A stretch of DNA of 64,000 nucleotides, taken from the IMG/VR virus record IMGVR_UViG_3300033146_001182, positions 24,776 through 88,775 of that record; one strand, given 5' to 3'. The DNA is from a virus. Below the pieces are notes generated by a model that made no database searches, was not told the DNA's origin, and was given only the letters and a program-made list of their open reading frames with translations. Within the stretch, counting starts at the first letter, position 1. Each line of letters begins with the position of its first letter. This document shows positions 1 to 10,083 of the stretch, one piece after another. The translations under genes were made by a program, and so were the position numbers.

Positions 1-784
1 ACCATTTATATAAGGCTAGATAATCAATTACAGATACACCAGCAATATTAATACTCATTGCATTTGTATCCTTATCATCCCAACATCTTACTACATTAAT
101 AGGAGATAATTGATGCCAAATTGTGGTCTTTTCACCAAAGAGATTTTTTGAACGATTGATGAGATAAGGAAAGTCAAATCCACCTCTTCTGTTCATTTTG
201 TTATCAGCAACAATATTCCACCCTGTAACAACATCAGGAGAATGTTTTTGCCACCAAGAAAAGAACTTATCTAATAAATCTCGTTCATCTCTACATTGAT
301 AATATTCTATACCATATTTGTTATCACCTGTATATTCTTTAAGACCCCAAGTAACATTACATACTCCACCCATACCTCTTACATTTATCAATACAACAGG
401 AAATTTGGCTTCTTGTGCCTTTGGAAATCCTTCTTCTGAATGGACTTCAATATCAATAGAATAGATTTTTAATTTAGGAACTTCAATATCATCATCAGGA
501 ATGTGGTGATATTTTTCACATAGAAATTGAATATCAAAAGGAACTTCATTCTCAAACACTGTATTTTTATGAAGTTTTTGATAATCTTTGTAATCTTTTA
601 TCGCAGCAAATGTTCGTTTATTGACAGGAATACCATCAATAGTTTTAATATTAGATGATTTTGATTCATCTGCCTCATACACATATGGGACCCAATTCAC
701 GATATTAAATTCATCGTTACCTTTTGATTGTTCCCACAGATACATACGACTTCTTTTTGTGTCATAATAACAATTCTTATACAG
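1..784 (-). CDS. 43: Family B DNA polymerase (T4 gp43-like), N-terminal/exonuclease part, runs off window start
   Basis: Manual translation: LYKNCYYDTKRSRMYLWEQ...YSIDIEVHSEEGFP (ExoI DxE)...SPDVVTGWN...GFDFPYLINR (ExoII). Start probably CTG at 784, alternatively ATG at 745. Confidence 0.92.
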   Translation of the reverse strand, partial: MYKNCYYDTKRSRMYLWEQSKGNDEFNIVNWVPYVYEADESKSSNIKTIDGIPVNKRTFAAIKDYKDYQKLHKNTVFENEVPFDIQFLCEKYHHIPDDDIEVPKLKIYSIDIEVHSEEGFPKAQEAKFPVVLINVRGMGGVCNVTWGLKEYTGDNKYGIEYYQCRDERDLLDKFFSWWQKHSPDVVTGWNIVADNKMNRRGGFDFPYLINRSKNLFGEKTTIWHQLSPINVVRCWDDKDTNAMSINIAGVSVIDYLALYKW

Positions 785-829
785 ATTACACCTACCTTTT
801 GGATCAAATCCAGTGATATTTTTGTATCT

Positions 830-858
830 ATAATGACATATTCAAACTTATATGTAAA
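830..858 (-). promoter_or_regulatory. Sigma70-type promoter (TTTACA class) for DNA polymerase
   Basis: TTTACA-17 nt-CATTAT. Confidence 0.6.
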
Positions 859-870
859 TGTTAGAAAATA

Positions 871-1026
871 TTATTTTGGTGCTTCTTCTTCACTGTCTTT
901 GTTGGTTGGTTTTTTAGGTTTACCTTTTTTGGCAAATAATCCTGATACCTTTTTATCAGCAGCAGCAATTTTAGCATTATCATTTTCTTCTTTGAGATGT
1001 TTTTCTATAATTTCTTCAATATTCAT
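871..1026 (-). CDS. Small protein with internal-head-protein-like leader (51 aa, not in ORF track)
   Basis: MNIEEIIEKHLKEENDNAKIAAADKK...; GGAG RBS upstream. Confidence 0.7.
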   Translation of the reverse strand: MNIEEIIEKHLKEENDNAKIAAADKKVSGLFAKKGKPKKPTNKDSEEEAPK

Positions 1027-1037
1027 GTTGTTCTCCG

Positions 1038-2345
1038 TTATTTAAGTAAATAATTTACCATACCCTGTGAACCTGTAATATCATTCATTGATGCTTTAGA
1101 ACCAATAATTGTTAATGACATTGAATCACTCTTACTTATTTTAAATGATACAATACCTTTTTGCCAATCTTTAATATTTAAATTTGCTTGCCAAAAATCT
1201 TTTACACCTAAAACTGTTAATAATTCATCAATTGCTTGACGATCAGTATTAATCATATAAGATAATCTTCTGGAAAAAAATGATGTTAATGAATTTGGTA
1301 ACATTGATTTTATTCTACTTAAATTACCTTCTATTTTCCAATTACCATTCATGATCATATTAATTACTTTTTTTACTTCTGGTGTATCATTACCTTTTCT
1401 TATATTAACATATACTTCCATTGGATTCATTTTACCCAATCCCAATATTTCATCAAATCCGAATTTATATAGTATATCTTTACCTTGACGATTTGGATTC
1501 AAACTACCTTTTTCTGTGATATCAATAAGTTGTTTTAATATTTTACTTCTTACATTTTGTTTATTTTTTATCAAAACAGGTAATAAATTGGAGAAAAATG
1601 ATGCCTTTGCTCCAACTCCAAATTTAGAAGAAATTGCTATTACAGTTCCATCAGCTTTTTTTATAAACATTGAATCAACCCCAGAAAATGATGGGTCATC
1701 TGGAACTACAAATGATACTTTATCTTTAGATGATAATGCACCTGGTATTACCAATTCACCATTTAATGCAAGTAAACCAATAATTAATTCACCTAAATAT
1801 TTCCCTAATTCATTTATTTGATCATTTGTTATACTACCATCCCATTCAATATTCTTAAATGATGTTTGATTTAGATACTTAGATAAAATTGATTTAATAT
1901 TATCAGGTATTAATTTATTGCCACCTATAGAAGAATTAATAATTGAACTTAATTCTTCTACAGATGTGAATATTTTTGCTTCAAAGGTCTTATTTGCTAA
2001 GGTTACTGTTTCAGTTTTAGCTCCTCTGGTCATATTTGTAGCATTTATTCTTAATTTCTCAGTTGCACCTTTAGTTATTGGTTTTGAAATTGTATTAAAA
2101 GGAATTTTTACTATGGAAGTATTAAATTTAATATTTGATAATAAAGTATTTTTTATTTTTTGTAATGGTAAATCTAATACTGTAATTGTACTTCCAATAG
2201 GAATGATAGTATCAGTTTTGTTACCATCATTGTCATATACGATTGCATCTTTATTTAATGTAGTTTTAACTTCTTGATCTTTGAAATATTTCTTCCAAGA
2301 AGAAAAACCTGTCGTTGCTTCTGTTAGATATCGTTCCAATCTCAT
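1038..2345 (-). CDS. Putative virion-packaged protein, possible PD-(D/E)XK nuclease-like domain
   Basis: Leader MRLERYLTE; GELI...FSGVDSMF...AISSKFG pattern; TATAAATA upstream. Confidence 0.5.
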   Translation of the reverse strand: MRLERYLTEATTGFSSWKKYFKDQEVKTTLNKDAIVYDNDGNKTDTIIPIGSTITVLDLPLQKIKNTLLSNIKFNTSIVKIPFNTISKPITKGATEKLRINATNMTRGAKTETVTLANKTFEAKIFTSVEELSSIINSSIGGNKLIPDNIKSILSKYLNQTSFKNIEWDGSITNDQINELGKYLGELIIGLLALNGELVIPGALSSKDKVSFVVPDDPSFSGVDSMFIKKADGTVIAISSKFGVGAKASFFSNLLPVLIKNKQNVRSKILKQLIDITEKGSLNPNRQGKDILYKFGFDEILGLGKMNPMEVYVNIRKGNDTPEVKKVINMIMNGNWKIEGNLSRIKSMLPNSLTSFFSRRLSYMINTDRQAIDELLTVLGVKDFWQANLNIKDWQKGIVSFKISKSDSMSLTIIGSKASMNDITGSQGMVNYLLK

Positions 2346-2376
2346 AAAAAAATACTCCCTTGATTTCTCTCAGGAG

Positions 2377-2384
2377 TATTTATA
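2377..2384 (-). promoter_or_regulatory. T4-type late promoter TATAAATA overlapping hairpin 2350-2381
   Basis: Exact TATAAATA about 30 nt upstream of the 2345 start; inverted repeat AAATACTCC/GGAGTATTT. Confidence 0.6.
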
Positions 2385-2387
2385 TTA

Positions 2388-3602
2388 TTATCGACCAACA
2401 TCAGTCAAATATTTCTTTTTAGTTTCTTCACCTTCCAATTCATCATAAAAAAGAATGTCGTTAGTTACATTATCCTTTTCAATTAATTTTGTAATTCTTT
2501 TTGAAGCATACTTTTCTTTCCATAATTTAGACAATGTTTCTACACTGTTATCAAACTTTTTTTCACCATGATTATCAGATTCTTGTCTCAAATATTCATT
2601 GGTCTTTGTATATAATGGCGCCCAATAAACACCACGAGGTGCATTATTCTTAGGTGGTTTAATATTTAATTCTTTGAACACCTTACTCATTATTTTAGTT
2701 TTAGGATGAGAAGGTATTGAACATCCATCTCCATCATTTTTTGGTCTTACAAATGAAGCATAATCATCTGGATAATAATCTTTACAATAATTTTTAATTA
2801 ACTCATATGTCTCATTTGAGGGCTCCATTGCAATTTCACCTGTGGATGATTTACATTTTTTCCAATATTTAAGATTATTGTATTGTGAGAATCCACCATA
2901 TAAAGATGTTGTAGTTACACCCAATAATTTTTCATTATATGATTCATTCCAAGCATTTTCTATGACATCACTCAATACCATTAAACTAATTAATTTACCA
3001 CCCAAATAATTATAGCCTAATGGTTGAGTTGGAACAATACTTGAACCCATAGCAGTATGTTTTAACATCCCACCTTTCATTTTATTTTCCATTGTCCAAT
3101 TAATAGCTTTATCTCTACCACCAATTGATATAAAATCTGAACCAAGAGAAATAACACCTAAATACTTGTGATTTGTAACCTTATTACCAAATAAATCAAC
3201 ATTTTCTTCTTCATGGACAACATAAAATCTTAGATTTCTTCCTGGATTCTGATTCCATGCAGCAGAGGAAATATATAATCTTAAAATCCTCCAAATCAAT
3301 AGAGTTTCTTTGTCATTTGCCCAAATTACTTTAATGTTAAGATCTTTATAATCATCAATAGATTTTGGTTGCCAAATATTCTTTTTTATATGTTTAACTT
3401 TATTGTAATCAGAATCAGACCAATTAAGACTGTTTATTTCTAACCACTTTCTATACAATGTGTATTCTGGTATACTCATTGTTGATAGATATTCAAAGTT
3501 TTCTTTAATTGTTTTTTTTATTTCATCTTGTTTATTGATATTTTCTGTGACAGATTTTTCATCTTCACCTAAAAATGCAATATCAAATAAAGGGTTATTC
3601 AT
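2388..3602 (-). CDS. DUF4338 / Druantia DruA-like protein
   Basis: GRNLRFYV, LGYNYLGGKLISLM and TTTSLYG..SQYN motifs. Confidence 0.7.
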   Translation of the reverse strand: MNNPLFDIAFLGEDEKSVTENINKQDEIKKTIKENFEYLSTMSIPEYTLYRKWLEINSLNWSDSDYNKVKHIKKNIWQPKSIDDYKDLNIKVIWANDKETLLIWRILRLYISSAAWNQNPGRNLRFYVVHEEENVDLFGNKVTNHKYLGVISLGSDFISIGGRDKAINWTMENKMKGGMLKHTAMGSSIVPTQPLGYNYLGGKLISLMVLSDVIENAWNESYNEKLLGVTTTSLYGGFSQYNNLKYWKKCKSSTGEIAMEPSNETYELIKNYCKDYYPDDYASFVRPKNDGDGCSIPSHPKTKIMSKVFKELNIKPPKNNAPRGVYWAPLYTKTNEYLRQESDNHGEKKFDNSVETLSKLWKEKYASKRITKLIEKDNVTNDILFYDELEGEETKKKYLTDVGR

Positions 3603-3784
3603 ACATTATCCCACCTTGCCTGTTTATTGAATTCTTCTCTAGTTATTTCAATTACTTCTATAACTAGTTTGTTACCTTTTTCCATATAATCAGTAAAGGT
3701 AATAATTTCATTATATAACCCTTGATCTGTTTCTCTTAATATAATTGTATTTGTATTTGGGTCAGTTATTTTATATACTATCAT
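3599..3784 (-). CDS. Hypothetical protein
   Basis: ORF coupled by ATGA overlaps to neighbours. Confidence 0.6.
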   Translation of the reverse strand: MIVYKITDPNTNTIILRETDQGLYNEIITFTDYMEKGNKLVIEVIEITREEFNKQARWDNV

Positions 3785-4314
3785 ACAATATCAAAAAGAA
3801 CATTATGTGTTTCCCATAAAGTTTTCTTCATTTCTTGTTCTTTTTTGCCATTCATGGAATTTTTCAATCTATCATCATCAGATGTATCAACAAACAAATA
3901 AACAACAAAATCATAATGAGTATTATAGACAAGTGATTGTCCAATACCTTCTCTAATAGATTTACCAGATGAACCTTTTTTAATTTCAACAGCAATTTTA
4001 ATATCATCAAAATCAATTGTAAAATCAGGACGATGTTGAACTCCCATAAACATAAAATTATTTACGGTGGTATTTGGATCTTCTTCACTTGCCAATTTCA
4101 TTCGGGCTAATTTCTTTGCTGTTTCTGGTACATATCCTTTGAATTCTTCATATAATGAAATTACTTCTCGATGAAGTGGTGTCGCCATTCTATTTTGAAG
4201 TTCTGATTCAGTTTTTTGTTTATACTTTACTCTATCAAAAACCTCATCATTCTTTAGAGCATTCATAATACGATTCAAAATTTTAGACCTACGTTCACTT
4301 TTTTTAGTACACAT
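3781..4314 (-). CDS. PD-(D/E)XK nuclease-fold protein
   Basis: RPDFTI...IAVEIK...GIGQSLVY motif. Confidence 0.7.
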   Translation of the reverse strand: MCTKKSERRSKILNRIMNALKNDEVFDRVKYKQKTESELQNRMATPLHREVISLYEEFKGYVPETAKKLARMKLASEEDPNTTVNNFMFMGVQHRPDFTIDFDDIKIAVEIKKGSSGKSIREGIGQSLVYNTHYDFVVYLFVDTSDDDRLKNSMNGKKEQEMKKTLWETHNVLFDIV

Positions 4315-4354
4315 TTCAATTTCCTTTCATTTTTAAGTTGTTATAATTACTTTA

Positions 4355-5110
4355 TCATAATTCAATTACTTTGTCAGGTTCAAATCTTTTATTTTCAAGA
4401 TCATCAATAATATATCCCTGTGGATTACATACAATTCTAGTTTTACCTACATTATAATCAAAAGATGTATGAGTATGTCCATGTATCCAACAATCAGGTT
4501 GATAATCTTCAATTAAATATTCCCATTTGTTACCAAAACATGTATTTAATTCACTTGATTTATATTGTGTGTCAAGTGACTTATAATGTGGGTAATGATG
4601 GGTTATAACACATACTTTATCATAACTATTTTCTAATTCTTCTTTTAGAAAACTTTTAGATTGTTTACCCCATGTGATACCTTTATCATTACCTTCATTC
4701 ATGATATCAAAAATACGATAAAAATCATTAAGACATCTAATAACAGAAGGAGTTAATGGTCCATTAGAACCATCCCACCATCCAGTAGTTCCAATAAAAT
4801 GAATGTTTTCAAAATCAATAGTATCTTCCATTAAAATATGAATATTTGATTGAGATTTATTAAATTCAATTAATTCACGATCAAATCTATCTTTACGAAC
4901 CCCATAATATTCATGATTACCAGGAACAAAGATAATATCTTTATCAGCATCTTCTTGTATAGAAATAAGACTATTAAAAAGTGAAGAATTAACATTTATA
5001 TCACCAGCTAATACTAATAAATCAGCTTTTGTGTTAATCATTCTTTCATAATAGTCTTTATATGTATTACCAAACTCCAAATGGAGATCACTAATTATTT
5101 GAACTTTCAT
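4355..5110 (-). CDS. Calcineurin-like metallophosphoesterase
   Basis: SDLH, AGDI, GNHE, THH, HGHTH, NPQGY motifs. Confidence 0.92.
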   Translation of the reverse strand: MKVQIISDLHLEFGNTYKDYYERMINTKADLLVLAGDINVNSSLFNSLISIQEDADKDIIFVPGNHEYYGVRKDRFDRELIEFNKSQSNIHILMEDTIDFENIHFIGTTGWWDGSNGPLTPSVIRCLNDFYRIFDIMNEGNDKGITWGKQSKSFLKEELENSYDKVCVITHHYPHYKSLDTQYKSSELNTCFGNKWEYLIEDYQPDCWIHGHTHTSFDYNVGKTRIVCNPQGYIIDDLENKRFEPDKVIEL

Positions 5111-5414
5111 CTTGTCTTCCTTTTAACAACATAAAGTATAAATCTTTAATTGTTTTTAATGGAATATTATTTCCATCTTTATCTTGAACTCTACCTTCGG
5201 CATCATTACCAAATTCACATTCCCAACACCAATATTGAATCCACTCATCAGCATCATCCATTACAATTTCAAGTAATTCGATAATTCTGTCAATTAATTC
5301 ACCTGAATACACAATAAATCCTTCAACTTCTAGTATTTCTGAAAGTGCATCATCTTTTTTATAATATTTTATAATGGTGTCCATATGTTTTTCAAAATCA
5401 TTAAATGATAACAT
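5091..5414 (-). CDS. Hypothetical phage protein
   Basis: ORF with RBS, in operon. Confidence 0.65.
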   Translation of the reverse strand: MLSFNDFEKHMDTIIKYYKKDDALSEILEVEGFIVYSGELIDRIIELLEIVMDDADEWIQYWCWECEFGNDAEGRVQDKDGNNIPLKTIKDLYFMLLKGRQDESSNN

Positions 5415-5501
5415 TATTTTTCCTCTCTTTTATGTTCTTCAATTGCTCTTTTCCAACACATTTCACCAGAAAATACACTGGCATCAACCAATTCAATCAT
5501 T

Positions 5502-6041
5502 TTATATTTCCTTGAATTTTATGAGTGTTTGTTTCATAAGATTTATACTATCATGTTGTCTTAAAATACTTGGCGGTAGAGACAAGACTGTTGGAATCAC
5601 CACTTGATTTAATTTTGGTTTGATAACTGTGCCATGTAGTTCAGTGATACCATTAAAATTACCTGTCAAATACTCCAAAGGGATGTTACCAAAAGCAATC
5701 ATTTTTTTGGGTTTGACTATTTTTAAGTATTCATTGAACCAAATGTTACAAGTTGCCCTGTGTAATTGTGATGGTCTGTTATAACGCTTTGTTCTTTTGT
5801 TTATATCAGGAGAACATTGGACTACACTAATTTGTAGGAAATGTTCCTCCAACAATCCAAATCTCCCCGCCAATTTCCAAAACTCTTTCATAAAATCTGG
5901 TGTTTGTTTATATGGATATTCTGTTAACATAACATACTTTGTCATGCCACTCCATTTAGGACATATAACACCGTTTTTACTGATGTAACAAGTATTACAT
6001 TTTTTCAATCGTTTGTCAATCTCTTCTAACTCTTCAATCAT
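5502..6041 (-). CDS. Uracil-DNA glycosylase family 4-like protein with diverged catalytic motifs
   Basis: CxxC, VVQCSP..NRPS...C..W, IVKPKKMIAFG; GEAPG reads TEYPY and HP reads PP. Confidence 0.7.
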   Translation of the reverse strand: MIEELEEIDKRLKKCNTCYISKNGVICPKWSGMTKYVMLTEYPYKQTPDFMKEFWKLAGRFGLLEEHFLQISVVQCSPDINKRTKRYNRPSQLHRATCNIWFNEYLKIVKPKKMIAFGNIPLEYLTGNFNGITELHGTVIKPKLNQVVIPTVLSLPPSILRQHDSINLMKQTLIKFKEI

Positions 6042-6043
6042 TT

Positions 6044-6250
6044 TTAATCTCTATAACTATCAACATAGTATTTTTCACCGTAATGATGTTTACCGTTATA
6101 CAATTGAACTTTTCTACATAATGGGTTTGATAATCCCCCCATTGTACAGAAATGAAGATATGTTGTGGGAACATTTGATATTAATATTTCCCTTGTGATT
6201 GGTTTTATATGATTTTCACATGGATTATTATACATTTTTAATCCCACCAA
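6044..6250 (-). CDS. Hypothetical protein
   Basis: ORF in operon. Confidence 0.5.
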   Translation of the reverse strand: MVGLKMYNNPCENHIKPITREILISNVPTTYLHFCTMGGLSNPLCRKVQLYNGKHHYGEKYYVDSYRD

Positions 6251-6849
6251 GAATAAAGATATTTATTGATGATATCGGTTAAATATTTAAGATCTTGTTT
6301 TTTAAGATATTCAGAATGTTTTGACCATCGTAAGAATTCTTTACGCTCTTGTTCTTCAGTTTCTTCAGTTACATTAGGGCGATCAAATTTAGCTTCTTTG
6401 TAACCATCATTGTCAGAATCAATCCAATCAATACTCAATTCACCCCATTTTTTATCATGTGAACGAAAAGCCAATTCATGATAATCATCTTTTAAGATTC
6501 GATCTATAATCATCACGGCTTTATGAATTCTGTCGGCATCTTTTTCAGCATACAAATGAATGCCGTGATTACGAATAAATTTTTCCATCCGAGATAATTT
6601 TAGACGATTCATTTTTAACCAATAATGATAATCCCAATCACGATCATTCCAAATAATTTTGAAATAAACAATTAGATTTTCAATTCCATATTTAAGATCA
6701 TAAAATGGATAAGACCATTTCCGCATATGATATTTCATTGATAAATAATATGTCCTTATATAATCTTTAATCGAATAACATACCTTGACTAGAGTTTTCA
6801 TTATCAACCACCTCTTTTTCCAACAAAATTTGATATTGAGTAAATCCAA
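6238..6849 (-). CDS. Hypothetical phage protein (true start probably downstream)
   Basis: IWNDRDWD...WWD pattern typical of large-phage hypotheticals. Confidence 0.65.
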   Translation of the reverse strand: MDLLNIKFCWKKRWLIMKTLVKVCYSIKDYIRTYYLSMKYHMRKWSYPFYDLKYGIENLIVYFKIIWNDRDWDYHYWLKMNRLKLSRMEKFIRNHGIHLYAEKDADRIHKAVMIIDRILKDDYHELAFRSHDKKWGELSIDWIDSDNDGYKEAKFDRPNVTEETEEQERKEFLRWSKHSEYLKKQDLKYLTDIINKYLYSWWD

Positions 6850-6949
6850 TTACTCGCCAACCATCTTTTGATAGAACAAATAATTCCGTTTCTGTATCAT
6901 ATTTATTTTGTCGATTGTCCATAATTTTATATTCATATTTCTTCATATC

Positions 6950-8179
6950 TTACCTCATTTCTTTAATTTTACAACGGGTCATAACCGTTTGTTTTACATC
7001 ATTATATTCATTATGTTCTTTGATAGTTCCAGTTAACAGAAGTTGTTCCCCTTTATCAAACTCTCTGGCACTACTAGTTTTCCAAATTACGATGTTACCT
7101 TTACAAGTAACAAACTTGAGATAACTAACATAACCATAAGAAGAATTGAAACCCCATTCATTGAGGAAAGTTACTGGAATATCTTTTACTCGTTCTTTAA
7201 CTTCACCAAACCATTCCGATTTTTTTTCATCATTAACTTCACGATCTTTTTCTAATTTTTTCCGATAAGTTGAAATGAGTGAACACACCAAACCAAACTC
7301 TTTTTCTTCAATGTATTCACGATTAACACAAACGGCACAATTGAAGAGATATTCATTCAGTTTTGGGTCATTCATATCTAAAGATTTCACCCAATCAATT
7401 ACCTCTTTTGCGAACTCTTTATTTTTATCAGTAATATTTTTTGAAATTACATACAAATCAGGATGATAGTGGTTTAATTCATTATCAACAATGATTCTAC
7501 TAACTTGAGTTGCCGTGTCAATTTCACCACTATCACGAGCAACACTCCGACTAACCCAACCCAATTCATTAATAACAGCATCAGTAATTGCTAATACATC
7601 TTCAACTTTATATTCTGGTTTGAACTCAACACCAATACCACCAAATCCACCAATCATTTCTTCTATATATTCAATGTATTTGGCGGAATTGACAATATAA
7701 CTTGGGTCATTCTCACCTAAGAAATCTTTAATACAAGTAGAACCGACCTGACGATATTCATCAGTATCGGGATTATGAAGAGTATATGTATTTTTACGAA
7801 ATCTTTTAGTGTTACAATGTTCACAAACAGAAGGAATATCAACCAATTTTACACGGTCAATTTTTTCCTCATAATTTGGAAGAACCCGAACCTTATTACC
7901 TTTTTTCTCAACATCAACTCGTGAATGTTCAACAACAGCAGCCAAGTTCCAACCTTTAACAATTGGAAACTCACCACTATAAGTAACAGGAACGAAAACT
8001 ACATCCATTTCCTCAGTATGGTCATAAAATGGAACTTCAACCTTTTTAATAACAATTTCATTCTTAAAGACCAAAAGTTCAGGAGCTTCCAAACCAAGTT
8101 TTTCAGCTTTTTTGACAGCCCTTTGAAACTTTTTCTTCAATTTTTCAAGGTTTTGACGAGGAATTAAAATCTTTTCCAT
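6950..8179 (-). CDS. Conserved phage early protein with Zn-binding motif and C-terminal OB-like fold
   Basis: CEHC...VGSTCIKDFLG; C-terminal LTGTIKEHNEYNDVKQTVMTRC; own consensus promoter. Confidence 0.65.
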   Translation of the reverse strand: MEKILIPRQNLEKLKKKFQRAVKKAEKLGLEAPELLVFKNEIVIKKVEVPFYDHTEEMDVVFVPVTYSGEFPIVKGWNLAAVVEHSRVDVEKKGNKVRVLPNYEEKIDRVKLVDIPSVCEHCNTKRFRKNTYTLHNPDTDEYRQVGSTCIKDFLGENDPSYIVNSAKYIEYIEEMIGGFGGIGVEFKPEYKVEDVLAITDAVINELGWVSRSVARDSGEIDTATQVSRIIVDNELNHYHPDLYVISKNITDKNKEFAKEVIDWVKSLDMNDPKLNEYLFNCAVCVNREYIEEKEFGLVCSLISTYRKKLEKDREVNDEKKSEWFGEVKERVKDIPVTFLNEWGFNSSYGYVSYLKFVTCKGNIVIWKTSSAREFDKGEQLLLTGTIKEHNEYNDVKQTVMTRCKIKEMR

Positions 8180-8222
8180 GATAAATCTCCGAAAAAAAGG
8201 GTTATCACCAACTCACAAATCT

Positions 8223-8251
8223 ATTATAAAACAATTACCAAATAAAGTCAA
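8223..8251 (-). promoter_or_regulatory. Sigma70 promoter
   Basis: TTGACT-17-TATAAT. Confidence 0.75.
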
Positions 8252-8255
8252 TCTT

Positions 8256-8603
8256 TTATTCAGTTCTTTCATATTTTATCTTTAATGTTTCTTTTAATAG
8301 ATTTTCGTGGACTGATTCTCTAGTCGCACCATATTGAGTGAAAACTAAAATCCCATATATAAAGAATAATGTTGTTGGATATCTATCAATATTAAATTCT
8401 TTTTTGAACTTTTTATTTTTATCACCATCTATTTCATAATACTTTACTTTTTCGCCATTGTAAAGATTGAATTTTTTTTCCCATTTTTTATATCGTGGCT
8501 TCAATAACTTACAAGGTCCACACCATTTCGCATGAACTTTTACTATTGCAATTCTATCATTATCAATTGTTTTATATGTTGAATCTGTCAATACTTTTAC
8601 CAT
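8256..8603 (-). CDS. trxA: Thioredoxin
   Basis: WCGPC active site and YPT cis-Pro motif. Confidence 0.9.
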   Translation of the reverse strand: MVKVLTDSTYKTIDNDRIAIVKVHAKWCGPCKLLKPRYKKWEKKFNLYNGEKVKYYEIDGDKNKKFKKEFNIDRYPTTLFFIYGILVFTQYGATRESVHENLLKETLKIKYERTE

Positions 8604-9976
8604 TATTCCCCACTTTGAACATGTAATTCTCGTTCATCCCCTGAACTTTCAATATCACTCATCCACAAATCCATTTCAGATGAACAATACATTTTCATTG
8701 ATCTACCATCATAAAAGAACTTATCCATTTCTCCTACTCTACCTCCAAAACGATTTTTTACAATTTTCCAATGAACCTCATTTTTATAAATCATATGTTC
8801 ATCATCAGCACCCATAATCATCATAAAATCTGCTGTTGCAGGAACACCCATTGATTCAGCAATACTATTAAAATCAACATCACCAAATGACATAAAAGTT
8901 CCTGATCTATTCAACTGTGATACAGATACCATTGGAATATCAAATTCAAATCCCATTGCTCGTGTTTCTTCTGCAATTGATTTTACTGTTCCATATGAAT
9001 TATCACTACCTTTATTATCTTCTGCTGACATTAAGTTAAGATAATCAAAAAAGAAAATATCAATATCAATTCCTCTTAACTTTAATTCTCTTACCCAAGC
9101 TCTAAAATCTTTAACAGAGGCTTTACCTGTAGGAAAGGATTTAATATATAATTGTCCTCTACCTTCTGTTGCTTTAGTTTCTCTTAATTTTTGTGTTAAT
9201 TGTTGTTGTAATCTTTGATTGAAATAAAATCTATTAATATCCAATTTTGAATAGATACCATCAAATCGTTGAGCAAACATATCTTCACTCATTTCCAATG
9301 ATGCTAATGCTACATTTTTTCCATTTAATACTTGTCTGGCAATCATATTTGCCATAACATTGGACTTAAAACCATGAACTTTTGCAACGAACACACTTAA
9401 TGTTTTTGGTGGGAAACCTCCATTAATATATTCATCAAACACTGGAAAATATGTTGGTACTCGTTGGGTATCATCAGTAAACATTCTGTGTAATCTTGGA
9501 CCCAAATCACCGAAATAATTCAACCCTAAATCTACATCTAATGTTCTACATAATGCTTCTTCAACAAGATTTCTAATTTCATGTGTATTATCACCATCCT
9601 CAATAACATCAACAGATCGTCTGATTGCATCTTTAATGGCTTTATCACGCAGATACAAATCAGTTTGTTCCATCAACCAATCACGATGTTGTGTTATATT
9701 GATATCCATATTGTCAATTTCAGAAAGATAACTTCTCATATCTTCCCTAATATCAGCTGGAACATTATTAATCATTAAATCTTTAGATGGGATGGTTTTA
9801 TGTTGTTCAAAATATTGTTTTACGAATGTAAATATTTCTCTAACAACAGGGGAATCAAAGTAATCTTCTTCAAATACTCTAATTACAGTTACAATAAAAT
9901 CTTTATCTTCTAATAAGGCTTTTGCAACAACTTGTTCTAAATACTCAATGTTATCGGTTAATGTGGCTTCTGTCAA
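8603..9976 (-). CDS. 41: Replicative DnaB-like helicase (T4 gp41-like)
   Basis: GGFPPKTLSVFVAKVHGFKS (variant Walker A), SLEMSE, FDYLNLM, SQLNR, SIAESMGVPATAD, KNRFGG. Confidence 0.93.
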   Translation of the reverse strand: MTEATLTDNIEYLEQVVAKALLEDKDFIVTVIRVFEEDYFDSPVVREIFTFVKQYFEQHKTIPSKDLMINNVPADIREDMRSYLSEIDNMDINITQHRDWLMEQTDLYLRDKAIKDAIRRSVDVIEDGDNTHEIRNLVEEALCRTLDVDLGLNYFGDLGPRLHRMFTDDTQRVPTYFPVFDEYINGGFPPKTLSVFVAKVHGFKSNVMANMIARQVLNGKNVALASLEMSEDMFAQRFDGIYSKLDINRFYFNQRLQQQLTQKLRETKATEGRGQLYIKSFPTGKASVKDFRAWVRELKLRGIDIDIFFFDYLNLMSAEDNKGSDNSYGTVKSIAEETRAMGFEFDIPMVSVSQLNRSGTFMSFGDVDFNSIAESMGVPATADFMMIMGADDEHMIYKNEVHWKIVKNRFGGRVGEMDKFFYDGRSMKMYCSSEMDLWMSDIESSGDERELHVQSGE

Positions 9977-10006
9977 ATCTCATTTCTCCTAATTTATTAT
10001 TGAGAT

Positions 10007-10076
10007 AGAATACCAGATATTATATCAAATGTCAATATGGGTGAATGTTTACATATAAGGTATTTTGTGATAATAT
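10007..10076. promoter_or_regulatory. Back-to-back divergent promoters (helicase / uvsY-uvsW operon)
   Basis: Minus TTGACA-17-TATTCT (10035-10007); plus TTTACA-17-TAATAT (10048-10076). Confidence 0.65.
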
Positions 10077-10083
10077 TTCTGTT

